Origin: Lingula anatina
Lineage: Eukaryota > Animalia > Brachiopoda
DNA length: 64,000 nucleotides
Direction of reading: 5' to 3'
NCBI GenBank assembly: GCA_051362555.1
Contig: CM120644.1
Coordinates: forward strand, 22,776,534 to 22,840,533
Shown: positions 1 to 13,609 of the stretch, one piece after another
Layout of the letters: every line of letters starts with the position of its first letter
Position numbering within the stretch: position 1 is the stretch's first letter
Program-made: the position numbers and the translations under genes
Notes under the pieces: model-generated
What the model was told of the DNA's origin: nothing
What the model saw: only the letters and a program-made list of their open reading frames with translations
Databases searched by the model: none

Positions 1-699
1 ATAACAGTAAGCTAAATCTTTTAGAATTGAGGAAATTGATGTACTACTTATTGTGTGGTGAACATAGTCAGCAAAACATTTTACAGTTAAAATATCCATC
101 GCACCAAACTTAGAGATATTTCCACACAAATGAGTCGATGTGCATCAAGGTATCAACTTCAAGGAATAAGCCTATAAATGTAGGTGCTGTAGTAGCTTGT
201 ACCCAGTACACCCACACTCTTCCTCCCGAAGTTTTCATAAATACTGTCTGTTTTGCAGATAATGCACTTAGTACAGGCTTGATATTTAATATGGAATATT
301 TCAGTTTCGAAGGTATACCTGGGTAAAAACTCCGATCTCATATAAGATATGTTAATGGGGAAGACGTGTGTAGTCAGGTGTGTCGCTACCAATTAACTGA
401 ATACCAGGTTTGTTGCGTCGCTGCATTCTGTAATATGCGATGTTTTATTTGGGTAGTGCTCCTTTGCGCAGGTCAAAGCTTGGCTTTTGCAAAGCATGGT
501 TCTGTCAAAAAAGTATCCATATGTCGGCAACTACTGCAAAGAAGAATTTGAAATTTTGCATGCAAGTGGTCAGTTTTACAGTGTGTAAAATGAGCTATCA
601 AGTGATTTACACGTGTTAATCTGTGGCAGAATGGCACGAAAAAGACAGACTTTGACAGACGTATAATTGTGCACAGTCTTATGGAGTTATGCCCAGACT

Positions 700-1600
700 G
701 ATGTACCTACATAGAGGCCACATCCAATGTATTGAAATCTTACCACCAGGGTACAGGACCCACTGTCTTTCGGGATATACTGTTGCAACCAAACAAAACC
801 ACCCAGTCCGTTCAGAATAAGGGGTAAATTACCGTCAAATTGCATTTTCCAAGGCCCTTAGCAAACACCAAATCTGGTTTAAGCAGGTTAGAATACCAGA
901 AGACTCCCGAGGAACCCACAGTACACAGCAAAACATCGTTGTATGTTTCTCTAATGAATTGGGGACCTTGGCCGTTTCTGGTGTGAACACTGGCTTTCCA
1001 TATTGAGGTCAGATTCCACCTGTATCGCCAACAAAACAGAGTCAAAACAGAGTTTACAGACATCCATGGGAGGCCAACGACGAAGCGTTTGTCGCGTCTT
1101 AAGTGACTGAGGTCATTCACAGCGTCAGTACTTGGAGTGGATACCACGTTGGTGCCAAAACACTAATGGTAGTCATTGACGAAAACTGAACTAGATCAAA
1201 TAATGAAATGATCTGGGAACCACTTGACTATCATTTGATAGGAACAATTTTAGGCTGCACGATGAGATTGACGGTATACGCAGTGCAATTTTAATACCAT
1301 TTTACTTACAGACCAAAGGGTATGAGCAGCTACCTTGGTCATTAAAATTGCCATATTTGAACCACATAGACAATATGCGGGTAGGCCAGTACTCGCCGAA
1401 TCAATGGCATACATGGTGCCCTACAACAAAACAGGACCAAATTAGACAGATTTTGACCGATGCCTGGAATGTTATCCCAGGTTGAACTCTAGCAACCTAT
1501 CCAAGGAATGACTTGCCACTTCAGAGCGCTGGTAGTAGGCAGAAGAGGTCAGGCGTAACAGCGACCGTTACTGTGACTACACTAACATGAGGGTCTTTTG
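700..1600. repeat. Old dispersed repeat, inverted relative to 16300-16990
   Basis: Colinear reverse-complement matches, e.g. gaggtcaggcgtaa, tgcctggaatgttat, catatttgaaccacat, gtttacagacat, ccgttcagaat. Confidence 0.75.
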
Positions 1601-1666
1601 CGGAGCGTGTAAGTCTTTTACAGACAATAATTTTGATAAAATGGAGATCCAAAATATCTCTTTTAA

Positions 1667-3792
1667 CCCTCATCCACAAGGAAACGGAACCCTACGTAAA
1701 CCCTGAAACCGGGCCTCAGGGGCCCGGTGTACCATGAAAATCTGACTCCCCCCAAAAAACATTCAAAAATCTAATTTAATTTGAGTAAATGACTATGATC
1801 TTGTAGTATGCATAATGGAGGACACATTGGCACTTTTTGTTAGTTTGCAGGTGAAAATTTTCATGAAAAAATTTTAAAAAATTAAAGATTTGTATTTTAC
1901 CACCCAAGGACTCCCCTATGAAAAAGCTATTTATTTGACATTTGATGACCATTTGAACATCTTTTCTTTGAGGATACTTTATGAGGAATATATTGAAAGT
2001 ACTTGAAAGTTTAATGGTTAAAAAATTGGGTGAAAAAAAAAAAATAAAAAAACACATTAAAAAATAAGAAAAATTAAAGATTCATATTCTAACACCCAAT
2101 GACCCCCCTATGAAAAAGCTATTTATTTGATATTTGATGATCATTCTGATATCTTTTCTTTGAGGATACTTTATGAGGAATATATTGAAAGTACTTGAAA
2201 GTTTGATGGTTAAAAAATTGGGTGAAAAAATAATAAAAAAACACATGAAAAATAAGAAAAATTAAAGATTTGTATTCTAACACCCAATGACTCCCCTATG
2301 AAAAGGCTATCTATTTGATATTTGATGATCATTCTGACATCTTTTCTTTAAGGATACTTAATGAAGAATATATTGGAAATATTTGAAAGTTTGAATGGTA
2401 AAATACTGGGTATGCTATATAAGAAGAATTCAGTAAAAAGGCGATGGGGCCAATTTTTTTGAGTTAAAAATGTAGCATTTTGACATGGAAGTGCAAAACC
2501 TACAGGTAGTAAGATGAATACTTGTTTTAAAAATATTCACCAAAATTTTCACCACCAAACTTTCAAATAATAACAAAATGTACATCTCTGTGCAAACTAT
2601 GTAGAAAACAATGGTATGGTGACTGAATATAAAATAGGTCCTTTTCTTTATGGGAATCCAAATCTCATGGGTATAAAAATGAAGATTTTCATGATTTATT
2701 TTTCATTCTTTAACTCACTATTTTATCATCAAACTTTTAAATATTTCCAATATATTTTTCATAAAGTATCCTAATGGAAAAGATGTCAGAATGATCATCA
2801 AATATCAAATAAATAGCTTTTTCATAGGGGAGTTATTGGGTGATAAAATGCACATTTTTAATTTTCTATTTTTCATGTTTTTTTTTTTAGTTTTTTCACC
2901 CAATAGTTTACCATCAAACTTTCAAATATTTCCAATATAATCTTCATAAAGTAAATTTAAAGGAAAGATGTAGAAATGATCATCCAATATCAAATAAATA
3001 GCTTTTTCAAAGGGGAGACAATTGGTGTTTAAGTGCACATTTTTAATTTTCATATTTTTTTCATTAAAATATTCACCTGCAAACTTAAAAAAAAGTATCC
3101 TCCATTTTACATATTACAATATCACAGTCATATACTCAAATAAAATAAGATTTATGAACATTTGTGGTGGGGGAGTCAAATTTTCATGGGGAGTCAGATT
3201 TTCATGTTACACCGGTCCCTTGCTCCCTTTACCTCCATGGGTGCATGAGTATACACTGTGTATGGAAAATGCAGAAAAACGTTTTTTTTTTTTTTTCTCA
3301 AAATGGAAAGTTTCGCAAAGGTAGCGCAGTCTATCAAGTATGTAATAATGATAGATTTAAACTGATATCTGCATATCAGGTGACCAAGATGACCGATTAC
3401 TCATAAATAATAATTTCTCCAGGTCTTGAATCTTTCACAGGCAGATTTCATTGACCATACTGAGAGTCATAGCACACATGATATTGCTTGTGTAAAACAT
3501 TTTATAGCAAAGCTATTTGAGGTAACATGGATTTATTTATCCCATGTGGAAGTAAAATTATCAAGCGACCGGGCCTCAGAGGCCCGGTTTCCAGGAAATG
3601 GGACTAACTTTTGGAAAAGTTAATTTCTACATATGTTGTAAATTATTTCAAAACTAATTATTCATCCATTGATGGGGTATAAGTTGCTTGAGGATTACAT
3701 GAAAGGAACAGGCTCAAAACCTCATGCTAATGAAGAGAGAGCAAAAGATACATGGGTCCGGGCCTGCAAGGCCCCTGAAAGGTGATTGAGGG
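1667..3792. mobile_element. Non-autonomous piggyBac-like element
   Basis: TTAA|ccctcatccac ... gtgattgaggg|TTAA. The internal palindromic ccgggcctcag(g/a)ggcccgg motif occurs near both ends. Confidence 0.7.
1728..3211. mobile_element. Non-autonomous Ginger1-like foldback element nested in the piggyBac-like element
   Basis: TIR tgtaccatgaaaatctgactcccc / ggggagtcagattttcatgttaca with CCGG TSD (1724-1727, 3212-3215). Arms are built of ~185-bp tandem units. TGT..ACA ends with a CCGG target are typical of Ginger1. Confidence 0.75.
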
Positions 3793-3926
3793 TTAATGGT
3801 TTACTGGTACGGGCCCAGCAAATTTTGGGCGTAGTGGAGGCCGTGGAGCTCGTAGAGGTAGAGGAAAGTTTGCAATGGAAAGGCTAAAGTCTTCCTTACA
3901 AGTCGCAGGGTCCACGTAAGAAGCAG

Positions 3927-4848
3927 GGCCCGGTTGCACCAACAGGGAGTAAATTTACTCGGCTACGACTGTCGTAAACCGCAACGCCTGGCGTCCGTGC
4001 GCCAGGTTTACTCTCCCTGCTTACGCCCGTTGCACTAAGACAAAAACTGGTCGTCGTAACTACGCCCGAGTAACGCTCCGTTGCGCCACTGGCCAACAAT
4101 ACGTGGATGGTATAATTGGGCAAATGAGGAGTTCTCAGCTGCAGTCATAATGGAATGATGACATAAATAAACACAAAAGGAGCATTTCAGTGACGGAGAA
4201 ATTCATGAGCTACATTATTCCATTTTGATTTAGAAATAAGAACGTTAAAATACGTTAACTTTGCTGATGCCTTGGATATATAGCAATAAAATCGTAAATA
4301 TATTCCGAATCAAAATATTATTATAGTATGCTATCGTATGCTATTATAGTATGCTGTTGTAAATGAGAAAAACGCGTTGGAGGCAGTACGTATTTCTATT
4401 AATGGATTTGAACACTTTCACATTTGTTATTGGAACATTCGAGTCTGAAAATAATCCAAAAAAGCCAGCATTGCTTTCTTTTTATAATTTTACTACAATT
4501 TCATGACCTTTTTTATCTATGGTTACACCGTGAGGTATCATTTAATTCAATCGAGCTTACATCTTGGAGATTGAGAAATACAAGAGACCTAATACATATT
4601 ATATGACCCTTAAAATGTTGATATTTTAAGCTTTCGTCTCTATGTTTATATATAGTAAAATATGAATGATATAAAATGTGAATAAAAAATGACTATGGTT
4701 AGGTATATGGTTTGTCAAAAATTGTGAAAAGAATTAAAGAAACCGTAGTGCTGAGAGCCAAGGCGTGTCGACATGAGTGGTAAGATTTAATTTGAATACA
4801 TGCATGTACATGTACATGGCTACACACATAATGTATTTAATAATCACT

Positions 4849-4932
<84 letters not shown>

Positions 4933-5256
4933 TGTATAAAATTAGTTTTTAAAAAACCAAGCTATTCAGACGGAAGTTTTGTGTAAGAAACAAACAAATA
5001 ACAACCCACATAATCTACGTTTACTACGATTATTGCCATCAAACTCTCTCCGTGACAGCCTAGCCATAGTGCAAAACGAGCTACGACCGACTTACTCCAC
5101 CTAGCTAGCAGGCGTAAATTTACGACTAAGTTAAGACCGACGTAAACACTATTCTAGTTTGGTGCAACTGGCGTTACTCGGGCGTAGCGATTTGCGCCCG
5201 GTTTACGCCGGCGCAACTGCTACGCCTCACTTACGACCGGTTGGTGCAACCAGGCC
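3927..5256. mobile_element. PIF/Harbinger-like MITE
   Basis: TIR ggcccggttgcaccaac / gttggtgcaaccaggcc with 3-bp CAG TSD. Contains (TA)n at ~4856-4930. Confidence 0.8.
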
Positions 5257-6262
5257 CAGGGACGCTAATTGCAAGGTGCGATGTACTCATTTCTTGAGTT
5301 TGTCTTGTTACATGCGTACGTGGCTTGCACTCACCATTTAGGAAGAGAATGCTACTCACGGCGAAAGTAAATTCCTTTTATGAGTGCATGAATTGAGAGG
5401 AGTCGCCGCGGCTAGTTTGCTGTCAAATTTTGTTATCATACACAAAACAACAGAATCAAATAGATGTAGGTTGAAAATGTCATTTTATTGACATTTGCAC
5501 TTTGATTAATGTTCAAAGTACGAATGAAAAATACTGAGAGTTAGATATAAATCTATGAGTGACAATCATGCATGTTATATAATTTTCAAGCTTAAAGATA
5601 TAATTTACATTTCAGCAAAGATGGAGGGAAAAAGGGCCCACACATGGCAATATGTTTTAGATAAATTTTATGTCCAAAATTCGGCCGAGGCTGAGAGCGA
5701 GCTGCGCAACCCCTACCCTTCAGGAAGGGGACGTAGGTTTCCTCAATGCTCTGACAGCCCACTAATCGAGTTGTCTCTCTTGGCCTTATAACTGCCATAT
5801 GTGCCCTATGCTAAGGTTATGCCCTGTATGTTGACTTAAACAAAATGAGAACTGCTAACACATAGAGGCTTACCTATATGTCAAATGTTTCTAAACATAA
5901 ATACCATACATATAATAATGATACATAGAATTAATAATTGTTTTGTAGTGTTAATTAATCAGGGAACATTAGGGAGGGACAGGGTTGGGTTTGAGAAACT
6001 TTATGAAATTCACTAAAAACTTTTCTCTCCTGAGCATGTACTACTAGGTTAAAATTTTCTAAGGAAGTGAGAGAGAGTGTTCTTTGTTCTTGGTGAAGCT
6101 GAACTCCTTATGATTCTGATTGGCTGATCATAATGAGACTAGGTTGTACTGTCCAATCAGGTTTTGCTATACTGGTATCTGACCAGTGTCACTTGGTAGT
6201 AATTAACTTAACAGCGTGAAATACAAAGCGAAGACATCCTGTCTGTAATTAGGGAAGAAACA

Positions 6263-6427
6263 TAATAATAATAATAATAATAATATTCTTATATGGCGCC
6301 TTACATTCTATCTCAAGGCGCCTTACAATAATGGCTAATATACTAAAATCATTAAAATGACTACAATATTTTAATCATAAACTCTCATTGGAAACCATTT
6401 AAAATTTACACTACTAAAAATCAATCT

Positions 6428-6486
<59 letters not shown>

Positions 6487-7460
6487 ATATATATATATTA
6501 AAATAAAATCTAAGAGATATAGACAGAATTAAAAAAGTGGGTCTTTAAAAGAGATTTAAAATTGTCAAAGTCTTCTGTTTTCCTAATAAAATTTGGTAGA
6601 CCATTCCACACTCTTGGGGCGTAGATTATAAAAGCACGATCTCCATAACTTTTTAGGCACCCCTTCTCTAAAACAGAATGTTCTAAAATAAAATCATTCT
6701 CAGTATTAAAACGTGTGGACCGCCGTGGTAAGTTAAAACAGATAAGATCAGATAAATATAATGGTCCTTGTGAATGGATCGCCTTAAAAATAATACAGAG
6801 TACTTTAAAATCAATCCTCTGCTTCACAGGCAGCCAGTGTAATTCTTTCAGAATGGGAGTGATATGGTGTGTACTATTGTACTTAATTTGACAAACCAGT
6901 CTTGCAGCTGAGTTTTGAATAACTTGTAACTTTTTAATCTGATAGTCACAAATACCAAAGAGGAGACTATTGCAGTAATCTAATCTTGATGATATAAATG
7001 CATGTACTAATTTTTCAGTGGTTTTGTTATCTAACACTTTCCTTATTTTTCGAATGCGCCATAGTGCATAAGATGCTGATTTACACACTTCAGATACACG
7101 CTTGCCCATAGTGCCATTTTCATCGAGGGTAACTCCCAGATCTTTAACAGAACTAGATGGTTTTATAAGAACATCTCCTATGCAAATGTTGGCATTTGCT
7201 ACATTTTTTCTATTTGCCTTGAACCTTGATGTAAACCATATCAACTCAGTCTTACTATCATTTAAAGCCAACATGTTCACTTTCATCCATTCTCGAATCT
7301 CTGCAAGACAAGTCTCCATAGAAGTGATTGTTGCAGACTGGCTACTCTTGCATGTAATATATACTTGTGTGTCATCTGCAAAAATAACAGTGTTCAGACC
7401 ATGCTTTAGTATGATATCTTCTACAGGTAACATGTATAATGAGAATAGGATCGACCTAAC
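6263..7460 (-). mobile_element. 5'-truncated L2/CR1-group LINE (C-terminal RT, 3' UTR, (TTA)n tail)
   Basis: ORF 6510-7433 has FADDTQ, LNDSKTE, VKDLGV, SRLDYCNSLL, LHWLPV, LKTHFF. The 3' end carries the aaggcgcc repeat and a TTA tail. Confidence 0.93.
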
Positions 7461-10079
7461 ACATCTGGAGCTTATCTTAGTCTCTGGGAGTTTCCCTGGG
7501 CATCTTACATCACATTAATACCCTCATCACACATAAATCCCTTTATTGTGACCAATAAATTATATTTGCTGCACACTAGCCTCACACGCTTGTATTGACG
7601 TACTAACTGCGTGCGCCTTTTTTGCCTCCTGTCTCCCCCCTTCCTTCGTTTCCCTCCTTCCTTTTTTTTTTGTTTTCTTAGTTTCTTTCCCTTGCCAGTG
7701 TGAACAAAATTGTCAATAACGACATGACATTTTTTTCACAAATGATAATCGAATGCATTCCCCTTATAAATAGTTTTATATAAGATAAGAAACACTCCTG
7801 CGTTAATGTTATACAAAGTTTTGATAGTTATAAAACGGTTGTAACAAAATATTGCCGGCCTTTTGCCTAATGTAATTATGTCACTACTCTGATGTGGAAT
7901 ATCACATTGACTTCATTATAAAAGGGCCATGCTTATGCATAATTATTAGTGAACATGTTTCCAACTGTAATTGTGTTATAGACAGTATATTTACCTTATT
8001 TTAAATTTTATAAGAAAGTGCATCGGCATCTATGAACTATTTAGCTTTGGTTAAGACTTGTTATCATTGTTTTATTTTCGGTCATTTATTACATTATTGA
8101 TATCATTGTATTTTTAATTGATGCAGTGGAAAATCCACGCACGAGGGTAAATCTATTAAACGAACTGAAACAAAATAGCTGAACTAAAAGTTGTGGTCGC
8201 GTGTTGGAAGCAAACTATAGCATTGTGTATACAATTATAGTAGTAATAAAAGGACGGGAGCCTTACTAAAAAGGAATGGCCCTGAATGGCCCTCTAAATA
8301 TATAGTTTTTTTTTTTTCCAAAAATAAAGATAATATGTTTTGTTTTGTTTTACTTCACTAAAAATGAGATGTTTATATTGGTTAGAATAGTTGTTGTATA
8401 CACAAGTTGTTGAAAGGTAGGGATTTGTTTTAGTTTTTCATTGGATGAACAAAAAAGACCCGCATTTATTATTGATCTAAAAAAGGAGAAGTGGCATTGT
8501 TTGCGGTTCAGTTGAACGCGATGCATAGTAAACAAACAAGGATCCGCTAACAGTCAGGTGAGACTATTGTAATGCACAAAGAGAGCAGTATGCAAGCCAA
8601 ATACTTAGAGTATTGTGATAGTTTGTGGTTCGCAAACACTTAATAGATTAAAACCTCCCATTTTATTGAAGTAAACTGTATTTGAATGATAGCATTAAAT
8701 GAATGACACTATGAGCCAGGTAGTGTTATAGTAAAGCAGTATTGTTTGCTGGTCAAGCAACTGTTGTAGTGGTTTATACGCACAGCTGCATTGAATATTA
8801 TTTTGATTCATATGAGGCTTTCCCTTTATTTCTAAATGATCGCCTTAGTTTGTACAACAAATAAAACAATATTGCACGTTGTAAGTGTACATAATCTGTT
8901 AAGCACAAGGCGTTTTGGTGACAAAATTCAAAGCATTTTAACAGTATTTTTATGATAGTATTCTCTTCATTTTTAAAAATCTGAGTTTTTCTCTTTCAAG
9001 TAAAAATTCTACAGCATTTTACCGATTCAAGGTTAAACATTGCAGTATTTTGTTCACCTTGTCTTTAAGAATCTGAGTATTTTTTCTCCTGCAGATGAAA
9101 CACCATTGTTCTTTAATGTAAAAATGAAAAGTATTTTCTCTATCAAGTCAAAGTTTTACAGCATTTTACCAGTTCAAATGTAAACGTTGGGTTTTTTTTT
9201 TCTCTTCGACTTAAAAAATGGGAAAACATTTTCCCTTTCACGTAAAAGTATAACAGCATTTTTCCGATTCAAATTTTTCGTCTTAAAATAAGAATTCTCA
9301 GTTGGAAGAACCACACATGAATCCCCAATAAAAGATGTTGTAAACTTTTTTAATATTTCGAACAATATTTCAAGACATGTTATTACAATAATTGCACAAC
9401 AGTGACGAAGCCGCCCTATGTCTTTATAAACACTGAATGAAAAAAATGACCTTCATCAGCTGCAAGTCCGAGAGGGAAAAAAATGAAAAACAGGGGAAGA
9501 AAGGGGTCGGTCAGCAAAGGTGTCTCACCTTGGTTTGGTGATTTTTCATCAATGATATCTCGTTATTGTGAATGATACAAGCCATCTCGGCTTATTTGTA
9601 TCACGTTTGATCACAAGTGTCTCGCTTGTGTCAAATACGACGTGTGTCTTAAATAACCGTCTAGTCTAATCTCTTGTATCGTGTTTAGGAGTACAACTCC
9701 AAAGCAAACAGGGATACGAGCTGAAGGAATGAATTGAGCGTGTTAATGGATCAGGAGTCAAAGGTCGAAATGAACGCATTGACCTACTTAGGTGTTTACT
9801 ATATATATAGGCTACTCACGCTGCACAGGTGTGTTCAGCTCGCAAGCAATGCGTTGTGAACTCTAAATGAGTTTGTTAGACAAGTTTTGGTAATCTTTAA
9901 GCTAAATCATATCAGAAAGAGTATGTTCTCTGAGAAATTTGATTTGTAAGTTTTTCAAATACTGAATTTACGGCGCCCCTCCTAATATACGCTCTTTGTT
10001 TACAGGTCCTTAGTTACAGCAAATAAAAAACTTCGATGTCACTCGTGCCGAGATAAGAAACATCCCAGGCTAAGGGTTT

Positions 10080-10447
10080 CCCGCACAAAAACGAAGTAGA
10101 TACTCCAGCGCAGTAGACTACTGCAATCATACTGCAAACATGCTTCAAATCTGCTTCGATGTGGGAGCTAATTAGCATATTTGAAACATGCTTCTATCAT
10201 GCTGCTAATCTACTGCATTTATGCTGCTCCTCTGTACAAACCTATGCAATTTTTGAAGTAGAATTGCAGTAGGGTATACTGCATTTCTACTGCAAATATG
10301 CTCCACACCTCTACTGCGTTAATGCTTCTTTGCTACTTCGATAGAATTTAGCGACGTCACGTTTTCAAAAAATGTGTATCTTGCTTGGGCTCAAAGTTTT
10401 GTAGCACTGCATCGCTTCACCGCCATGTACATAACACTTCGTGCGGG
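10080..10447. mobile_element. Short CCC...GGG-ended MITE (EnSpm/CACTA-like) at the inner edge of the left arm
   Basis: cccgcac..cgaagt / acttcgtgcggg termini with internal short ctactgca/tgcttc repeats. Confidence 0.55.
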
Positions 10448-11253
10448 TATGCCACATTACATTTTTAAGTGTTAAAACAAGCCCAAATATCAACAGAAAT
10501 GTAAAATTTCAAAATTTCAATTTCAAAAGGAAGAATAAATGAAAATTATATAATTTGCTTACATGTGTTTTGTAAAATATAAAAACTGTATTTTACTTTC
10601 AAATGTTCAATTTTGACATCGGTTTCAAAATAAATGTAAAATGAACAAAACCTTAAAAAACTCCATGATATAAAAATTTAATCGCTTTACATTGTACATG
10701 GACAGAAGTTTTAGTGTCCGTGGAAAAGAAATATTTTGAAAAAAGTTTAAAGATTAACAGCAGATTTGAAAATAAGTCCAATTAATTGTTATGACTAGTA
10801 AGAATTCTTACATAAGTTGCTTCAGATATTTCTTATCTTATTTTTTTCTTATAATTGTTGTTGAAACAAAACTTACGTTTTATGTTTGAACGTTTTTCAG
10901 ATCAACTCTAATTTTAGTCCCCTTCTAAAGTATTAACTAAGAGCAATCTTATGTATAAGCTTTTACTTAATTTTTTTAAAGTTTCTTTTAATGCTGTACA
11001 AGTTCAGGTTAGAATTTATATTAAATCAACTATTATTTCACACATTGCCGGTGAAATGCTGGTTATAGTAACAATTAAGTGTTGCAGTGATTTTCTACCC
11101 CTTGCAGTAATAAAAGAAATAACTTACCTTTATCAGAACTTGAGTATCAATCGAGCAAATGGTTCTTTCTTCTGCTGTCTGAGTGCCTTGTACTGTACAC
11201 AGCTGTAGTATGCTGTATGGATAAACCCTGTCCCGTTTATATAACGTTCAAAT

Positions 11254-11393
11254 TCACATGCCTAGGCCTGTTTCTTCAAATATAGCAAGCATGTCCAGGC
11301 ATGTTTGTTCAAATAATGCAGACCACTGGTCAACAAATCACTGTTTCAGGCCTGAACTACATAGTGTCTATATTCACATGTCCAGGCATGTTT
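11254..11393. promoter_or_regulatory. Cluster of three p53-family response elements
   Basis: AAGCATGTCC-AGGCATGTTT at 11287-11306 is a perfect RRRCWWGYYY x2 with no spacer. Imperfect copies lie at 11254-11273 and 11374-11393. Confidence 0.55.
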
Positions 11394-13609
11394 CTGTTTA
11401 CTCAAGTAATACAACCAGATGGTCAGCAAACAATACCAATTCTGCTATTCAAAGGATTGATCTCCATGGAAATTTTATTCTTACTCAGCTATGACCATGT
11501 CTCTTTGGTTGGATGTAAGCTTGTTTAAAGGCCACAACGCATTGTTTACGTGCAATTAGCTACAGGTATCGCAATATGAGCCAAATCATCTGTGTGATTG
11601 TTTAAAAAATGATTTCTTTTTTGCCACCAATCATGCTTGTTGTTTGTGTTACTCGAATTATGGATTTGTGTTTGAATTTCCTAGCGTACGCGAGTAAATC
11701 ATTAGTCCCAAACCCTTAGCCTGGGATGTTTCTTATCTCGGCACGAGTGACATCGAAGTTTTTTATTTGCTGTAACTAAGGACCTGTAAACAAAGAGCGT
11801 ATATTAGGAGGGGCGCCGTAAATTCAGTATTTGAAAAACTTACAAATCAAATTTCTCAGAGAACATACTCTTTCTGATATGATTTAGCTTAAAGATTACC
11901 AAAACTTGTCTAACAAACTCATTTAGAGTTCACAACGCATTGCTTGCGAGCTGAACACACCTGTGCAGCGTGAGTAGCCTATATATATAGTAAACACCTA
12001 AGTAGGTCAATGCGTTCATTTCGACCTTTGGCTCCTGATCCATTCACACGCTCAATTCATTCCTTCAGCTCGTATCCCTGTTTGCTTTGGAGTTGTACTC
12101 CTAAACACGATACAAGAGATTAGACTAGACGGTTATTTAAGACACACGTCGTATATGACACAAGCGAGACACTTGTGATCAAACGTGATACAAATAAGCC
12201 GAGATGGCTTGTATCATTCACAATGACGAGATATCATTGATGAAAAATCACCAAACAAATGTGAGACACCTTTGCTGACCGACCCCTTTCTTCCCCTGTT
12301 TTTCATTTTTTCCCTCTCGGACTTGCAGCTGATGAAGGTCATTTTTGACCAACATAGCTTCAGTGTTCATAAAGACAAAGGGCGGCTTCGCCACTGCTGT
12401 GCAATTATTGTAATAACATGTCTTGAAATATTGTTCGAAATATTTAAAAAGTTTACAACATCTTTTATTGGGGATTCATGTGTGGTTCTTCCAACTGAGA
12501 ATTTTAATTTTAAGACGAAAAATTTGAATCGGAAAAATGCTGTTATACTTTTACGTGAAAGGGAAAATGTTTTCACATTTTTTAAGTCGAAGAGAAAAAA
12601 ATACCCCAACGTTTACATTTGAACTGGTAAAATGCTGTAAAACTTTTACTTGGTAGAGAAAATACTTTTCATTTTTACATTAAAAACAATGGTGTTTCAT
12701 CTGCAGGAGAAAAAAAAAAAATACTAAGATTCTTAAAGACAAGGTGAAAAAATACTGCAAGGTTTAGCTTTGAATCGCTAAAATTCTGTATAAGTTTACT
12801 TGAAAGAGAAAAATACTGCAATGTTTAACCTTGAAAAGGTAAAATGATGTAGAAATTTTTCTTGATAGAGAAAAACTCAGATTTTTAACGAAGAGAATAC
12901 TATCATACAAATACTGTTAAAAATGCTTTGAATTTTGTCACCAAAACGCCTTGTGCTTAACAGATTATGTACACTTACAACGTGCAATATTGTTTTATTT
13001 GTTGTACAAACTAAGGGGATCATTTAGAAATAAAGGGAAAGCTTCATATGGATCAAAATAATATTCAATGCGGCTGTGCGTATAAACCACTACAACAGTT
13101 GCTTGACCAGCAAACAATACTTCTTTACTATAACACTGCCTGGCTCATAGTGTCATTCATTTAACGCTATCGTTCAAATACAGTTTACTTCAATAAAATG
13201 GGATGTTTTAATCTATTAAGTGTTTGCAAATCACACACTCTCACAATACTCTAAGTATTTGGCTTGCATACTGCTCTCTTTGTGCATTACAATAGTCTCA
13301 CCTGACAGTTAGCGGATCCTTGTTTGTTTACTATGCGCCGCGTTCAACTGGACCGCAAACAATGCCACCTCTCTTTTTTAGATCAATAATAACAAATGCG
13401 GGTCTTTTTTGTTCATCCAATACAATGAAATACTAAAACAATCATCTATCCTTATGTATACACAGTTGATTTTGCCAATATAACTTTTTTTCATAAAATA
13501 AAGAAAAAATAAATAAGAAAGACAATAAGAAAAACAAACATTTAGAGGGCCTTATCAGGGCCCTATCCTTTTTAAGAACTGTCCGGGTTTTTCTTATACT
13601 ACTCACTGA

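Larger units (their letters stand above)
8239..13603. mobile_element. Large inverted-repeat element (arms ~8239-10079 and ~11710-13603), possibly Polinton/Maverick-derived
   Basis: The arms are reverse complements over ~1.85 kb. Termini are AGTAGTA...TACTACT. No matching 6-bp TSD (aattat vs cactga). Confidence 0.7.

Noticed and set aside
7102-7518. 138-aa plus-strand ORF
   Set aside because: Antisense shadow of the LINE RT.
12325-12365. ctgatgaaggtc..gacc as a second hammerhead
   Set aside because: The GAAA core is absent and the other arm lacks the 3' half.
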